Virus record (IMG/VR): IMGVR_UViG_3300021978_000001
Location: 96,001-160,000 of that record
Length of the DNA: 64,000 bases
Strand: one strand, 5' to 3'
Source of the DNA: a virus
Taxonomy: Duplodnaviria; Caudoviricetes
Below, in pieces: positions 53,910 through 63,687 of this stretch. How positions within the stretch are numbered: position 1 is the first letter of the stretch; each line of letters starts with the position of its first letter. The notes beneath the pieces were generated by a model. That model was not told the origin of the DNA, did not search any database, and was given only the letters and a program-made list of their open reading frames with translations. The translations under genes were made by a program, and so were the position numbers.

Positions 53910-54475
53910 TCCTCTTCTCCGTGTAACTCATCCCATAACTCGGGGAGCTGTCGATTCAGTTCGTAATGCATGAGCGCCTCGCGCCCCGCCAGGGTGATGT
54001 ACTGGAAGTTGTCGTTTCGGATCTCACTCAACCCCGCCTGGAGCAGCTCACCCACCACATGGTGGATAGGCTTGAGCGGGAACCCCGCCGCCGCGTTGTA
54101 GAACGCCCACTGCCCATCCTCATAGACATGAACATGCTGCTTGTGCTCCGTCTCCTCGACGAGGGCACACAGCGTCTCGCTATCCAAGCCTCCATGCTGA
54201 TAAAGGAAGCCAAGGACCTTGTAATGTACAGGGAGAGGATCACGAAGCCCGTCTTGTCCCTCGGGTTTGGACTCGTCTTGAGGCTCGATCAAGGTCATAT
54301 CTCCCGCGTCCGCAGGAGGATCGTCATTGGGATCGAGCAGCGTGAGCTTACCCTTGTCCCAGTTGAGCTGGCGGACACGCTTCACGAAGCGCTGGCGCGT
54401 CCTGGGCATGTAAATCCCCATCCCCACCGCGACAAGGAAGATCAGCAATACGGCACATGCCAGGATAGGCGTCAC
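53906..54475 (-). CDS. hypothetical membrane-anchored protein
   Basis: N-terminal TM helix. Confidence 0.6.
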   Translation of the reverse strand: MTPILACAVLLIFLVAVGMGIYMPRTRQRFVKRVRQLNWDKGKLTLLDPNDDPPADAGDMTLIEPQDESKPEGQDGLRDPLPVHYKVLGFLYQHGGLDSETLCALVEETEHKQHVHVYEDGQWAFYNAAAGFPLKPIHHVVGELLQAGLSEIRNDNFQYITLAGREALMHYELNRQLPELWDELHGEEE

Positions 54476-54490
54476 GATCGCACCTCTAAA

Positions 54491-54946
54491 TCAGAACGAG
54501 CACTCAAAGCGATAATGCTTGACCTCACCCTCATGACTGACAAAGGTACAGAACGTACCTGACGCTGCTTCAGCTCCGAAATACGCGAGGTATACCTCCG
54601 CATCACCGTAACCATCCTCCTCATAAAAGCGGTTCTTCAGTTCCACATAAGGGTCTCCGCTTTTGCGATCTGGGTCCGATGAGGGCACCAGGATCAAGGT
54701 GTTGCGCCCCAAACGCCTTATCCAAGCGTATTGCGCGACCGAAACCAGAATCAGATAAGGAGGACAGCTTCGGATTTCTTCGAGAAACCCAGAGAGCGTC
54801 ACCAACTCAGGAAGCGCCTCGGGATTTTCGGCAGTCATCAAAAGACGAGCAAACTCCAGATCGGAGTACACCCTCCCTTGCGCGTTCTCTACGTTGGACT
54901 TGTGTAGCTGAAAATGGTTCATATTGAACTCCTGTAATATGCCCAC
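54491..54946 (-). CDS. hypothetical protein
   Basis: ORF track. Confidence 0.6.
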   Translation of the reverse strand: MGILQEFNMNHFQLHKSNVENAQGRVYSDLEFARLLMTAENPEALPELVTLSGFLEEIRSCPPYLILVSVAQYAWIRRLGRNTLILVPSSDPDRKSGDPYVELKNRFYEEDGYGDAEVYLAYFGAEAASGTFCTFVSHEGEVKHYRFECSF

Positions 54947-54965
54947 CCTTCCGAGGGGCGATGTA

Positions 54966-55040
54966 TGGGCTAGGTGGGAATCGAACCCACAACCTTCGGA
55001 TTAAGAATCCGCTGCTCTGACCTAATTGAGCTACCAGCCC
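54966..55040 (-). tRNA. tRNA-Lys(CTT)
   Basis: Canonical cloverleaf. Confidence 0.93.
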
Positions 55041-55141
55041 TCGGGGAAATGTACCATACCAATCGGCATGGCGTCAAGCGGTATCGAACTTATAAGCAAC
55101 CTCATTAACCAGCAAGGTTAACTCATAGTAAGAGGTTCGAG

Positions 55142-55762
55142 ATGCCAAGCAAAAACAATACACAACATGTCGCTGAATGGCGCCGTCGCACAAAAGAGAA
55201 AGCAACCATCTACAAAGGAGGCGCTTGTATCGTGTGCAACTACAATCGTTGCCCCGCAGCAATGGATTTTCACCATCTGGATGAGGCTCAAAAATCCTTT
55301 TCGATAAGTCGCTCCGGCTTGTGCCGGGCCTGGCTCACCACAAAGGCCGAACTCGACAAGTGCGTCTTGCTTTGTAACCGCTGTCACGCCGAACATCACC
55401 ATGGTGATTTAGACTTGAGCGAACACCTCCACAAATCACCAACCATCGAAGAGGGAGATCAGGCGCTCCGTGACGCAGGGTATGACCCTTATTATGCCCT
55501 TGGCATGAAAGTCAGCTTCCACGAAGGGACTCTTCATGTGGCCCCAAAAGGGCCGAACACCTGTGTGGACTGCTCGGTGAGCATCACGAAGGGTTCTACC
55601 CGATGTCGAACATGCGCAAGCTACAAGCAACCCACAAAGATCACCTGGCCTTCCATCAGCGAATTGAAAAGCCGCCTCGCTTCTACCTCTTACAGCGCGC
55701 TCGCGCGTGAGTTGGGAGTGAGTGACAATGCTATACGCAAGCGTCTCAAGAATCATCAGTAG
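55142..55762 (+). CDS. free-standing HNH homing endonuclease with C-terminal HTH
   Basis: GGACIVCNY...MDFHH...ELDKCVLLCNRCHAEHH; SYSALARELGVSDNAIRKRL; antisense between two tRNA genes. Confidence 0.88.
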   Translation: MPSKNNTQHVAEWRRRTKEKATIYKGGACIVCNYNRCPAAMDFHHLDEAQKSFSISRSGLCRAWLTTKAELDKCVLLCNRCHAEHHHGDLDLSEHLHKSPTIEEGDQALRDAGYDPYYALGMKVSFHEGTLHVAPKGPNTCVDCSVSITKGSTRCRTCASYKQPTKITWPSISELKSRLASTSYSALARELGVSDNAIRKRLKNHQ

Positions 55763-55835
55763 CTCTGGGAGCAGGACTCGAACCTGCAACCTCTGTGTTA
55801 ACGGCACAGCACTCTACCAGTTGAGTTATCCCAGA
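55763..55835 (-). tRNA. tRNA-Asn(GTT)
   Basis: CTGTG-CCGTTAA-CACAG. Confidence 0.9.
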
Positions 55836-55843
55836 ATAAAACA

Positions 55844-55926
55844 TGCGCCGGGCAGGACTCGAACCTGCACGCTCCTAAGAGACCTGATTTACAGTCAGGG
55901 GGGCCAGCCGATTGCCCAACCGACGC
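55844..55926 (-). tRNA. tRNA-Tyr(GTA)
   Basis: Long variable arm, loop CTGTAAA. Confidence 0.92.
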
Positions 55927-56478
55927 TCAAGCGCTAACCACGTTGCTCGCGACGTTACCCGCGACCTCGCTCTCTTCCTGAGCAGGCGCCACATGTTGCC
56001 GAATGACCTCGATCAATCGAACCTGTGATGCCGTCAGGATGCGGTTGTCCTCCAGGTACTTGAGGATGACCCGCGTCGATTCCTTGTAGGACTCGGTGGG
56101 CGCATCCATCACATTGGAGAGACGATCTGCGAGCTTGATGGTTAACGCATACTTGCTCATCGCGGCCATCTTCTTGCAGAGATACGGCGTCTTGCCAATC
56201 TCCTTGATCTCCTCCGGGTCACTCGTCAACTCCGCCACGAGTTGCGCCACGAGGGGTGTAAACTCCCTCGCGAGTTCCTCGATCGTCGTATCCGTGTCCT
56301 CGACCGTATCGTGGAGCAGGCACGCGGCCATCAGCTCCTCGATGCGTTTCGAGGTCTTGTGCTCCTGGAGAAGAAACGCCACGGTGGTGGGATGCACGAC
56401 ATAGGGCAAGCCTGTGACCTTGCGTACCTGGCCATCGTGACGTTCTGCTGCGAATTGAAGCGCTTTGAGCAAGAGCAT
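55927..56478 (-). CDS. stand-alone HD-domain (SpoT/Mesh1-like) hydrolase
   Basis: AAERHDGQVRK...PYVVHP...LLHDTVEDT...LT...KLADRLSN. Confidence 0.88.
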   Translation of the reverse strand: MLLLKALQFAAERHDGQVRKVTGLPYVVHPTTVAFLLQEHKTSKRIEELMAACLLHDTVEDTDTTIEELAREFTPLVAQLVAELTSDPEEIKEIGKTPYLCKKMAAMSKYALTIKLADRLSNVMDAPTESYKESTRVILKYLEDNRILTASQVRLIEVIRQHVAPAQEESEVAGNVASNVVSA

Positions 56479-56596
56479 GTCTTATCCTCCGTTGAAAGGG
56501 TTCAAGACCTGCTCTCGATGCGTCAGGTCCACCTACATTCATAGGTGTACCGTATTACTATTAACTTGTCAAAGAACATTCTTACAAAGAATGCAG

Positions 56597-56668
56597 TGCC
56601 CTCTCGGGGAGTCGAACCCCGTCCTCAAGCTCTTCAGGCAAGCGCTCTTCCAGTTAAGCTAAGAGGGC
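56597..56668 (-). tRNA. tRNA-Phe(GAA), weak anticodon stem
   Basis: Loop CTGAAGA; two stem mismatches. Confidence 0.75.
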
Positions 56669-56905
56669 ATGAAAAAACCCGGGCCACCTTGTTCCTCTTC
56701 TGTAGAGAGGTTGGGGTGGCCCGGGTCTAAACACGCTGTGCAACATCGTACAACAAGGCGTCAGGAGATCGGGCCTCCCGTAAAGTATACCTTATTGTAT
56801 TTATAGCTGCGCATGACTTGTGTTCCTTCCTTTGCAGGATACGTTCGTGAATCGAAAGGTATAACGCGCCCTACCCAGGGTCTATTCCGTGGACTCGAAC
56901 TTTTT

Positions 56906-57640
56906 TCAGTCTGTCGAATCTTCAGACGTATCTTCGGGCGTGTCTTCGGGTAAGGGCATGTCCGCGACCGCGTTGCAGTGCATGACGTAACCAAGCTCCC
57001 AACGCGCGGCATCTGCCGTGGCCCCGTGGCCCGACAACCAACCAGACTTCGCGACGTAGCACTGGTCTTCCTCGCTCCACCCGCACTCATGGTCGCCCAG
57101 CATCTCGATGTACTCGGGGCGGACCGAGGTTTTGGGGAAGCATTGCGAGTCACCACAGAAGTCGCAGGATTCCATCAGCTCGAACCACGCCACACGACGA
57201 CGCACCTCCCAGGCATCCGGTCCTGTGAGCGAGATGAGGCTTGCAGGGAAATTCTCCGCCTGCGCGCGGAACGCGATCTCTTCGCCGGGCACCTCAGAGA
57301 CATCGACACCGATCTCATCCGCCAGCGCGTCGAGGTAGTCATCGGAGACCATCTCACGGGTGAGCTGCGGACCGAGATACGTGAAGCGCCATCCCGTATA
57401 CAGCTCGCCGTTCTCCAGCTCCTTGTCTTCCAGGTGCTCGTACCACATGTGAACAGGGCGGACCCACAGCGTGTCCAGCTCATCGAAAGGGCGGTAAGCC
57501 ACCAGGGGCGTCTGGTCTTCGCTGTGCTTGCCTACCCCCTCGCTCCAGTAGAGCTGCCCCTTGAAGTGGCGGTAGTAACCGCGTGGGATATTCTCGGGAC
57601 ATTGCGGGGTCAACTCATCAAGTGCCTTGTACTCGGTCAT
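56906..57640 (-). CDS. DUF1653-like N-terminal domain protein
   Basis: YYRHFKG.LY...HSE...LVAYRP...WVRP..MW.E. Confidence 0.75.
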   Translation of the reverse strand: MTEYKALDELTPQCPENIPRGYYRHFKGQLYWSEGVGKHSEDQTPLVAYRPFDELDTLWVRPVHMWYEHLEDKELENGELYTGWRFTYLGPQLTREMVSDDYLDALADEIGVDVSEVPGEEIAFRAQAENFPASLISLTGPDAWEVRRRVAWFELMESCDFCGDSQCFPKTSVRPEYIEMLGDHECGWSEEDQCYVAKSGWLSGHGATADAARWELGYVMHCNAVADMPLPEDTPEDTSEDSTD

Positions 57641-57669
57641 GATCTTCCTCTTTTCCTCTGTCAGGGTCG

Positions 57670-58092
57670 TCACTCTTTCCAATCGTCGTAGAACTCGAAC
57701 GTGTAGTACATGTTCCCTTCGGGGTCGTAGACGGGCGCCGGGTCGAAGATCACGCGATACAAGCCCGCGAGCTGTACCAGATCCTCCAGGGTGTTGATCT
57801 CCACGTAATGCGTCCCATGTGACTCGGGCCACTCGTGCAGTCTGCGTGGGTTTCCCGTGGCAGGATCAGGTGTCTCCTCGACATCACCCTTTTTGGCCCA
57901 CTGTTTGTAGTAGGTGCTGTTCGGCCTGTAGGGTCTGAAGTCCCCGAACTTGGAAACGCCATACACATCATAGTAGTAACACCCCGCAGGGAGCGCGTGA
58001 CGCTCCAGGGGCAGGCTGTCCAGATGCTCGAACGACGCTGCGGTGGGCGTGCCAGAGAGAATGAGACGGACGGGGGGCTTGGATGCAGACAT
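57670..58092 (-). CDS. hypothetical protein
   Basis: GAGG RBS. Confidence 0.6.
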   Translation of the reverse strand: MSASKPPVRLILSGTPTAASFEHLDSLPLERHALPAGCYYYDVYGVSKFGDFRPYRPNSTYYKQWAKKGDVEETPDPATGNPRRLHEWPESHGTHYVEINTLEDLVQLAGLYRVIFDPAPVYDPEGNMYYTFEFYDDWKE

Positions 58093-58101
58093 GGGGCCAC
58101 C

Positions 58102-58527
58102 TCACGTAAAGGGCGCAGAGAATGAAACAGGGTGGTAGACCTCTCCGTCTGGCCCATAAAGGCGCACGAACCAGAAGTCCACCGAAGTGTAAGGGGGCAT
58201 ATTGGACATGAAGGTCTCGAAGTCTTCGACCTTGCTATACAAAAAGCTATGCCGAGAGGAGGGTGAGGCAATCACATAAGGAATCCCCCACTGCTCACAG
58301 ATCTCGATCTTGCGACCTTCCTTTTCCGCCTCTTCAACCCAACGACGGTAAAGGCGTACCGACTTCGCATCGGCATCTTCGCGATAACCCGAACCCGCAT
58401 GATAGTCCTTGCGGGTCAGCGTCGAAAGGTCCAGCTTCTCGACCGGGAACGGCCAGGGCACATCCCCTGCATAGTCCTTCCAATATTCGGGTCCTTCCTC
58501 GGAATCAAAGTACACGTAAAACATCAC
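58102..58527 (-). CDS. hypothetical protein
   Basis: GAGG RBS. Confidence 0.6.
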   Translation of the reverse strand: MMFYVYFDSEEGPEYWKDYAGDVPWPFPVEKLDLSTLTRKDYHAGSGYREDADAKSVRLYRRWVEEAEKEGRKIEICEQWGIPYVIASPSSRHSFLYSKVEDFETFMSNMPPYTSVDFWFVRLYGPDGEVYHPVSFSAPFT

Positions 58528-58569
58528 TGCCTCTTGTTCGTTATGCGGATTCGTTATGCGGGGTGCGGC

Positions 58570-59073
58570 TTATTCACCGGGTTCCTTGACCCTACCGAGG
58601 GGGCGATCGACAACGCGTCGGATTGCACGTGTCTCCTCATTCTCGGCTTTGTTCGCCTGGATCTCAGGGCTGAAATCCAGGGCACGGTTCCCGCCCGCGA
58701 GGAACGCCTCCAGAGGGTCCCATCCCAGGACCTCGATCGAGTAGGGTCCTCCCGGTTCACCCTTGGTCACATCGAAGACGTGCAAATCAGGGTCTTGTTG
58801 AGGGGTCACCTGAACCTCGGTCCCGTCCTCATCAGAGGTCCAGATGTGCGTCCCTGGCGTGGGTCCAGGCGCCCATGTCGCGCCCGGGAAACCGAAGTCG
58901 ATCTCGGGAGGAAGGGGCTTGCACTGGTCGATCGCGCGCATCAAGGATACGAACTTGGCATCATCCCAGTCAATGTCAGGGTTGGTGAATGCCACGAAGC
59001 GTTTGAAGTGATCGAACTGCTCGGGCGTGGGGAGCTTGGCTTGTTTGGTCATGATGTACCTCTTTGGGGTCAA
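58570..59073 (-). CDS. hypothetical protein
   Basis: TTGACA promoter upstream. Confidence 0.6.
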   Translation of the reverse strand: MTPKRYIMTKQAKLPTPEQFDHFKRFVAFTNPDIDWDDAKFVSLMRAIDQCKPLPPEIDFGFPGATWAPGPTPGTHIWTSDEDGTEVQVTPQQDPDLHVFDVTKGEPGGPYSIEVLGWDPLEAFLAGGNRALDFSPEIQANKAENEETRAIRRVVDRPLGRVKEPGE

Positions 59074-59114
59074 TGTAGGTCACAGGGGACCCTACCCCAA
59101 AGAGGTACAAGGTG

Positions 59115-59423
59115 TCAAGTGAGCGGGAAGTATTTTGCCGAGTCGCGAAGTGTCCCCAGCAAATCCAGGAAGCAAGCGAACAGCGTCACCTGAAACACAC
59201 AGGTCTGCATCGCCTTCCCCGCCTCCGTCTCCAGGTCTTCGCGCTCGAACGTGACACCATAGAGAAGATGCGTGACCTCGGTGGCACCCGAATCGAAGGC
59301 TTCCTCGGGGCTGCTGTAGAGACCATTCTCGCACAGATAGTAACGATGCAAGCCGTGGCTCGTCCCCGTAAGAAGGAACACTTGCTGGGGGGTGTAGCGA
59401 TCGAGGTTTGCTTGCTTGAACAT
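59115..59423 (-). CDS. hypothetical protein
   Basis: GGAG RBS, promoter motif at 59465-59493. Confidence 0.6.
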   Translation of the reverse strand: MFKQANLDRYTPQQVFLLTGTSHGLHRYYLCENGLYSSPEEAFDSGATEVTHLLYGVTFEREDLETEAGKAMQTCVFQVTLFACFLDLLGTLRDSAKYFPLT

Positions 59424-59507
59424 GAGACTCTCCTTCCCATAGGGGGTTTAAAGGTTGCCTCTTTGTCTACCACAAGCCTGGTGGGGTGTAAAAGGAAAGT
59501 GCGTTTT

Positions 59508-59843
59508 TTACTCGAAAAGATCAGGATCGAACGACGGGACATCACGCTCTACGGGGCCGATCCTGCGCCAGCCCAGGCCCGCGCGCGAGGTAGGAGGGAG
59601 GCGTTGATCACCGGGTTCCATGGTTACTTGACGGTAGGGCATCGAAGCGAACCCATCCGAGGTGACTTCGGCGTACTCACCAGGAAGGCGCGGGACTTCA
59701 CCAGGCTTTTGCACGAGCCATACATTCTCTTCAGTCATGATCGCTTCGAGCGCATCATTCTCCATATGTTCGAGCCATGCCCAACGCGCGACATAGACGC
59801 ACACGAGCGCGAGAATCATCAACAAAAAGATCAAGCCTGTCAT
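59508..59843 (-). CDS. small membrane-anchored protein
   Basis: N-terminal TM helix; ATGA overlap. Confidence 0.6.
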   Translation of the reverse strand: MTGLIFLLMILALVCVYVARWAWLEHMENDALEAIMTEENVWLVQKPGEVPRLPGEYAEVTSDGFASMPYRQVTMEPGDQRLPPTSRAGLGWRRIGPVERDVPSFDPDLFE

Positions 59844-60925
59844 GAGAGCACCTCGTGCGCCTCGGAGATTTGACGAAAGGCTTGCGCTTCGAGCTTGTCT
59901 TGCGATACTGCTTCCAGCTCATACGCGCATGCCAGCAACTCCTCACTCCCAATACCCTGCTCATCGGTCAACAATTCCAGAACCTTGAGAGGCATTTGAG
60001 CGCTCCCATTGTGGATACCGCTCAGGGCACCTGCAAGCGCCGCGATGGAATCCACATCACCCCCAGGCAGGAGCGCGCACTGAATCGTTGCCCAGAAGTT
60101 GTACGGCGTCTTCAGGAAAGCATACAATGCCCACAAGGTACTCGATACACAGTACGGACTGATACCAGGCCAACCCTCTGTATCCGATTGGACCTCTTCC
60201 AGGAGATACTGCATGCACCTGTGATCACTGTCGAGCATCTCCCTGACGTCCTTGCGAAGATACCCTGCCACTTTACGCAAATGTGCAGCCATCTCCTCGT
60301 CCTCATCCTCGATGTGCACCGAGAGACGCTGCATAAATTGATACGCGCTCATGTCCACGTCGAGCAGCACACGCGAAGCGTAAAAGCTCGCAAGCCCCAC
60401 GACCACAGAGCATATTTGAGACACATGGGAAGCATGCGTAATCACCGATTGCAGCTTCGACGCCGCAGCAACCTCTTCACTCGACCCGTACACGAGGCCC
60501 ATCCAGGTCGCGCGTGTACATGCGCCGTTCCCTGCCGAGTACAGATCTCCCGAGTCTCGCCACGAGCTACCCGCAGAGAGACGACCCAACGCAGTATGCG
60601 TGGTACCACCCATGCCCGAAAGCTGATCACGTCGGTACAAGTCCAGGAGACGGTCGGCATAGTCCTGTACGTCGAAATGAGCACCCGTCGAAACCAGAGA
60701 CAGCGCGAGCTGGTACATGAACTGTGTGTCGTCCGTGTAATGCCCAAAAGGTCTCTCACCGTAGAAGGTAGGTGGTGCGTCATCGAACTCCAGTGGACGC
60801 ACATAAGCCTCGACATATGCGCGCGCAACATGGGCAGGTTGCTTCTCGACAGGAGCACCTACAGCGTCTCCCACCGCACAACCCAACATGCACCCCTGGT
60901 AAGTGCCTGGTTTCTTGTCGGTCAT
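59840..60925 (-). CDS. ADP-ribosylglycohydrolase (DraG/ARH family)
   Basis: GCAVGDAVG, YTDDTQ, GNGA, GGDVDSIAALAGALSG. Confidence 0.92.
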   Translation of the reverse strand: MTDKKPGTYQGCMLGCAVGDAVGAPVEKQPAHVARAYVEAYVRPLEFDDAPPTFYGERPFGHYTDDTQFMYQLALSLVSTGAHFDVQDYADRLLDLYRRDQLSGMGGTTHTALGRLSAGSSWRDSGDLYSAGNGACTRATWMGLVYGSSEEVAAASKLQSVITHASHVSQICSVVVGLASFYASRVLLDVDMSAYQFMQRLSVHIEDEDEEMAAHLRKVAGYLRKDVREMLDSDHRCMQYLLEEVQSDTEGWPGISPYCVSSTLWALYAFLKTPYNFWATIQCALLPGGDVDSIAALAGALSGIHNGSAQMPLKVLELLTDEQGIGSEELLACAYELEAVSQDKLEAQAFRQISEAHEVLS

Positions 60926-61254
60926 GAACATGACTCTTTGTCCGAAAGAAGTGCAGCCAGAGACATGCGCATGACCTCCTGGAGAGCTTTCTCGAAGGCG
61001 CGCCAATCATAGGTGATGTCAAGCTCCCCGTCCGAATCTTCCGACACCTCCACGACGATCTCAGGGAAGTACGGGATCATGGTCAAGGCGAGGTGGTGCG
61101 CCCACTCGACACCTCCAACACGATCGGGCAAGCGCTTCGCACCCAGGCCCGCGCCAAAAATCTGGATAAGCCACTCCTGTGCAGAAGCAGGCAACCCCTC
61201 GTCCTCGAAGGATGCCCGAAGCCAGGCATGGATCTGTTCTTTTCGAGAAGACAT
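60922..61254 (-). CDS. hypothetical protein
   Basis: ATGA overlap. Confidence 0.6.
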   Translation of the reverse strand: MSSRKEQIHAWLRASFEDEGLPASAQEWLIQIFGAGLGAKRLPDRVGGVEWAHHLALTMIPYFPEIVVEVSEDSDGELDITYDWRAFEKALQEVMRMSLAALLSDKESCS

Positions 61255-61264
61255 GGTTTTGACC

Positions 61265-61594
61265 TCAAGGTTGGAGCTGTTGTACGAGGACCACGGCGCC
61301 ACGCGTTGCATTCGACCAACGCATCATCGGAGACGCGTGATCAGACAACAGATGTTCTCCGTGTTGAAAGGACCACGCGTACACCTGGTGCCCTTCTACA
61401 CGCAACATAAGTCCATATGCACGCAAGTAGTTTTCCAACTCCCGACGCGTTCGCCACACAAACCTCGAATCCTCGGGCCAGGCAAGATCTCTCAAGCGCC
61501 AATGCCTCTCGCGGCCCCACGCTCCCATACGCCAAAACATCCACGATGTCACATAATACAACAACCGCCATGACCAGAGTTTCACGCATTGCAT
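61265..61594 (-). CDS. hypothetical protein
   Basis: GGAGG RBS. Confidence 0.5.
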   Translation of the reverse strand: MQCVKLWSWRLLYYVTSWMFWRMGAWGRERHWRLRDLAWPEDSRFVWRTRRELENYLRAYGLMLRVEGHQVYAWSFQHGEHLLSDHASPMMRWSNATRGAVVLVQQLQP

Positions 61595-61644
61595 GACCTC
61601 CCCCTGGGCACCTAGACACTCTGTCTGCTATATCAATGAAGTAT

Positions 61645-62382
61645 TCAAGGAGCGAGCAAGTTCAAGGGCTCCCCTGGTGATTCGATGTCGTAAGCGTCGG
61701 TATCAATGATGTGACAAAGGAGATCCTGGTACCCCCCGAGAGCATGCTCTTTCGTGAGGCCCATCCTGCGCAGGGTTGCCCAGACGTGCTTCTCCTCCCT
61801 CGAATAGGGATTCACGCTGCCTCGCGTGATGAGACCTTGCTCGGCATAGTGGCGCGCCGCTAACAGCGTCAGATACACGTAGATCACGAGGTCCTGCGGG
61901 CTTAGATGCTCACTGAAGGTGTCCGAGTAATAGTCCGTATACGCATAACCAACGAGCGTCGCACGGGTGCGTTGATACTCATCTATCATGCGTGGGTTGA
62001 AGTGGAAGTAAGTGTCGATAGCCTCGCGAATCTCCTCCTCGGTTAATGCCATACGCTGCTTGTGAGACATGTTCAAGAACCGAGGAAAGTACCTGTAGAC
62101 CTGGTGGAAGATCTCGACCTCGCTCATCTCGCTCGGGTCAGTGACGCACCACCCACGCGTGGCTTTGTAGTGCAAGACCGTCGAATTGTACCGCTCCCAT
62201 GACTCCTCAGTCACGAAGCTCATTTTGAGCTTGTAGCGCATGGTGGAGGGAGAGCCATCGTAGCGAGTACCCCTGTGCATGTACAACGTCTCAGTCTGGT
62301 AGCCCTTGTTCCAACCCAGGGAATCGACCCCCACAGGGTCCCAGCAGAAGACATGATCACGAGGCGCTTCGATAAGCATCAA
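61645..62382 (-). CDS. hypothetical protein
   Basis: 245-aa ORF. Confidence 0.65.
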   Translation of the reverse strand: MMLIEAPRDHVFCWDPVGVDSLGWNKGYQTETLYMHRGTRYDGSPSTMRYKLKMSFVTEESWERYNSTVLHYKATRGWCVTDPSEMSEVEIFHQVYRYFPRFLNMSHKQRMALTEEEIREAIDTYFHFNPRMIDEYQRTRATLVGYAYTDYYSDTFSEHLSPQDLVIYVYLTLLAARHYAEQGLITRGSVNPYSREEKHVWATLRRMGLTKEHALGGYQDLLCHIIDTDAYDIESPGEPLNLLAP

Positions 62383-62861
62383 GAGTCCCCCTGAGAGTTG
62401 AGAGTCCAGGACACCTGTATATCACGCTGCACCCACTCCCCTGAAGGGTCCTCGAACTCCACCAGCCCGACCCGACGCCCCTGCGCGCAATCGGGGTCCT
62501 CATGCGCCTCCTCCCTGATCCAGTTGTTCACGATATGCGCGCCCTCTTTCCAGCAAGGGAAAGACTTTCCGGGGAAATACGCGAAGAACCACCACCCGCC
62601 CGCCAACTTGCGAAAGGGTGCGCTCAATGCGAGGATTTCCGCGAGGCACTCAAACACCACCGACAGCATAAACAAAGGGAGTACGACAATCAACCCCACC
62701 AACACCCCCAGTGCATACCGAATAACCTGTGGCAGCACGCGCGAATCGGTCATCCAATCCATGAGCGCAGACGCTAGGTTTACTGGGATGTACTCCATAT
62801 ACCTCAAACCATGATACAGCTTGAGATACATGTTCCGGGATTCTTTCTTCTCCTCTGCCAT
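62379..62861 (-). CDS. hypothetical membrane protein
   Basis: Central hydrophobic segment. Confidence 0.6.
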   Translation of the reverse strand: MAEEKKESRNMYLKLYHGLRYMEYIPVNLASALMDWMTDSRVLPQVIRYALGVLVGLIVVLPLFMLSVVFECLAEILALSAPFRKLAGGWWFFAYFPGKSFPCWKEGAHIVNNWIREEAHEDPDCAQGRRVGLVEFEDPSGEWVQRDIQVSWTLNSQGDS

Positions 62862-62863
62862 GC

Positions 62864-63136
62864 TTATTCGTGCTCCCGGGCTGTTTTGTGTTGGAGGCGT
62901 ACTTGCGACAACAACACGCGCTTGCGTTGTGACACCACATGCGTTCGGACCATGTAGTGTCCCTCACGCATGCGCTGCTGCGCGCGTAAGAAGCGCTGGT
63001 AAACATCCTCGGGAGCTTGAGACTCTTGGTCGGGCGCCGGTACTATCGTCGTGTTCATTAGACTTCCTCGTATTCGTTCGTACCACGTTCGGTTGTGCAG
63101 GCTACCACAGGGAAAGGGTTGCGTCCAGAAGGTCAT
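62864..63136 (-). CDS. hypothetical protein
   Basis: ATGA overlap with orn. Confidence 0.45.
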   Translation of the reverse strand: MTFWTQPFPCGSLHNRTWYERIRGSLMNTTIVPAPDQESQAPEDVYQRFLRAQQRMREGHYMVRTHVVSQRKRVLLSQVRLQHKTAREHE

Positions 63137-63687
63137 ACCTTGAAATAGTGATCTCGGAAAAAAGACAGCTCTCGTATGGTGTTACGCAAGTCCCCCAACA
63201 CCCTGTGATCTGGGTCTTTCTCGTGTTCGAGGATAGGCAGTCCCCACACCTTGCACGTCTCTCGCATCGAAGAGACGTCGATGTTCCTGAAATGGAAGAG
63301 GCTGTTGAGCCTGGGCATCTTCTCCTGGATGAACTGGCGATCGAAATGCACCGAGGACCCTCCCATGCAATACAACCCTAGCCTCGCCTCGGGGTCAGGC
63401 TTGAGCAAGGGTTGGTAGAGCGTACAGATCTCTTCCTCCACTTCCGCCATCGTCTGCGTCGCTTCGAGGCTTGCCTGAGTCAAGCCGCTCTCTGCATGCA
63501 CCCGGATACACCATTCATCCATGGCGTCCAGCACCTCTTTCGGGTGGTGAATCACCCAGGAACGCGCGGATTGCTCCTGGAGATCATCGTCTGTGATCAC
63601 GATCCCAATCTCCAGGATCGGGATCTCATGAATGGGGCGGTTGGTCGGGAGATCCCCCGTCTCAATATCCACGAAGACAAACATCAC
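63133..63687 (-). CDS. orn: oligoribonuclease (DEDDh)
   Basis: VDIETG, ILEIG.VITD, MDEWC..H..SGL, FDRQF, RNIDVSS, HR.LGD. Confidence 0.92.
   Translation of the reverse strand: MMFVFVDIETGDLPTNRPIHEIPILEIGIVITDDDLQEQSARSWVIHHPKEVLDAMDEWCIRVHAESGLTQASLEATQTMAEVEEEICTLYQPLLKPDPEARLGLYCMGGSSVHFDRQFIQEKMPRLNSLFHFRNIDVSSMRETCKVWGLPILEHEKDPDHRVLGDLRNTIRELSFFRDHYFKV

Noticed and set aside
58383-58390. GATAACCC (cassette motif on the minus strand)
   Set aside because: Inside a coding region with no outer stem, TGCCG element or tRNA halves.
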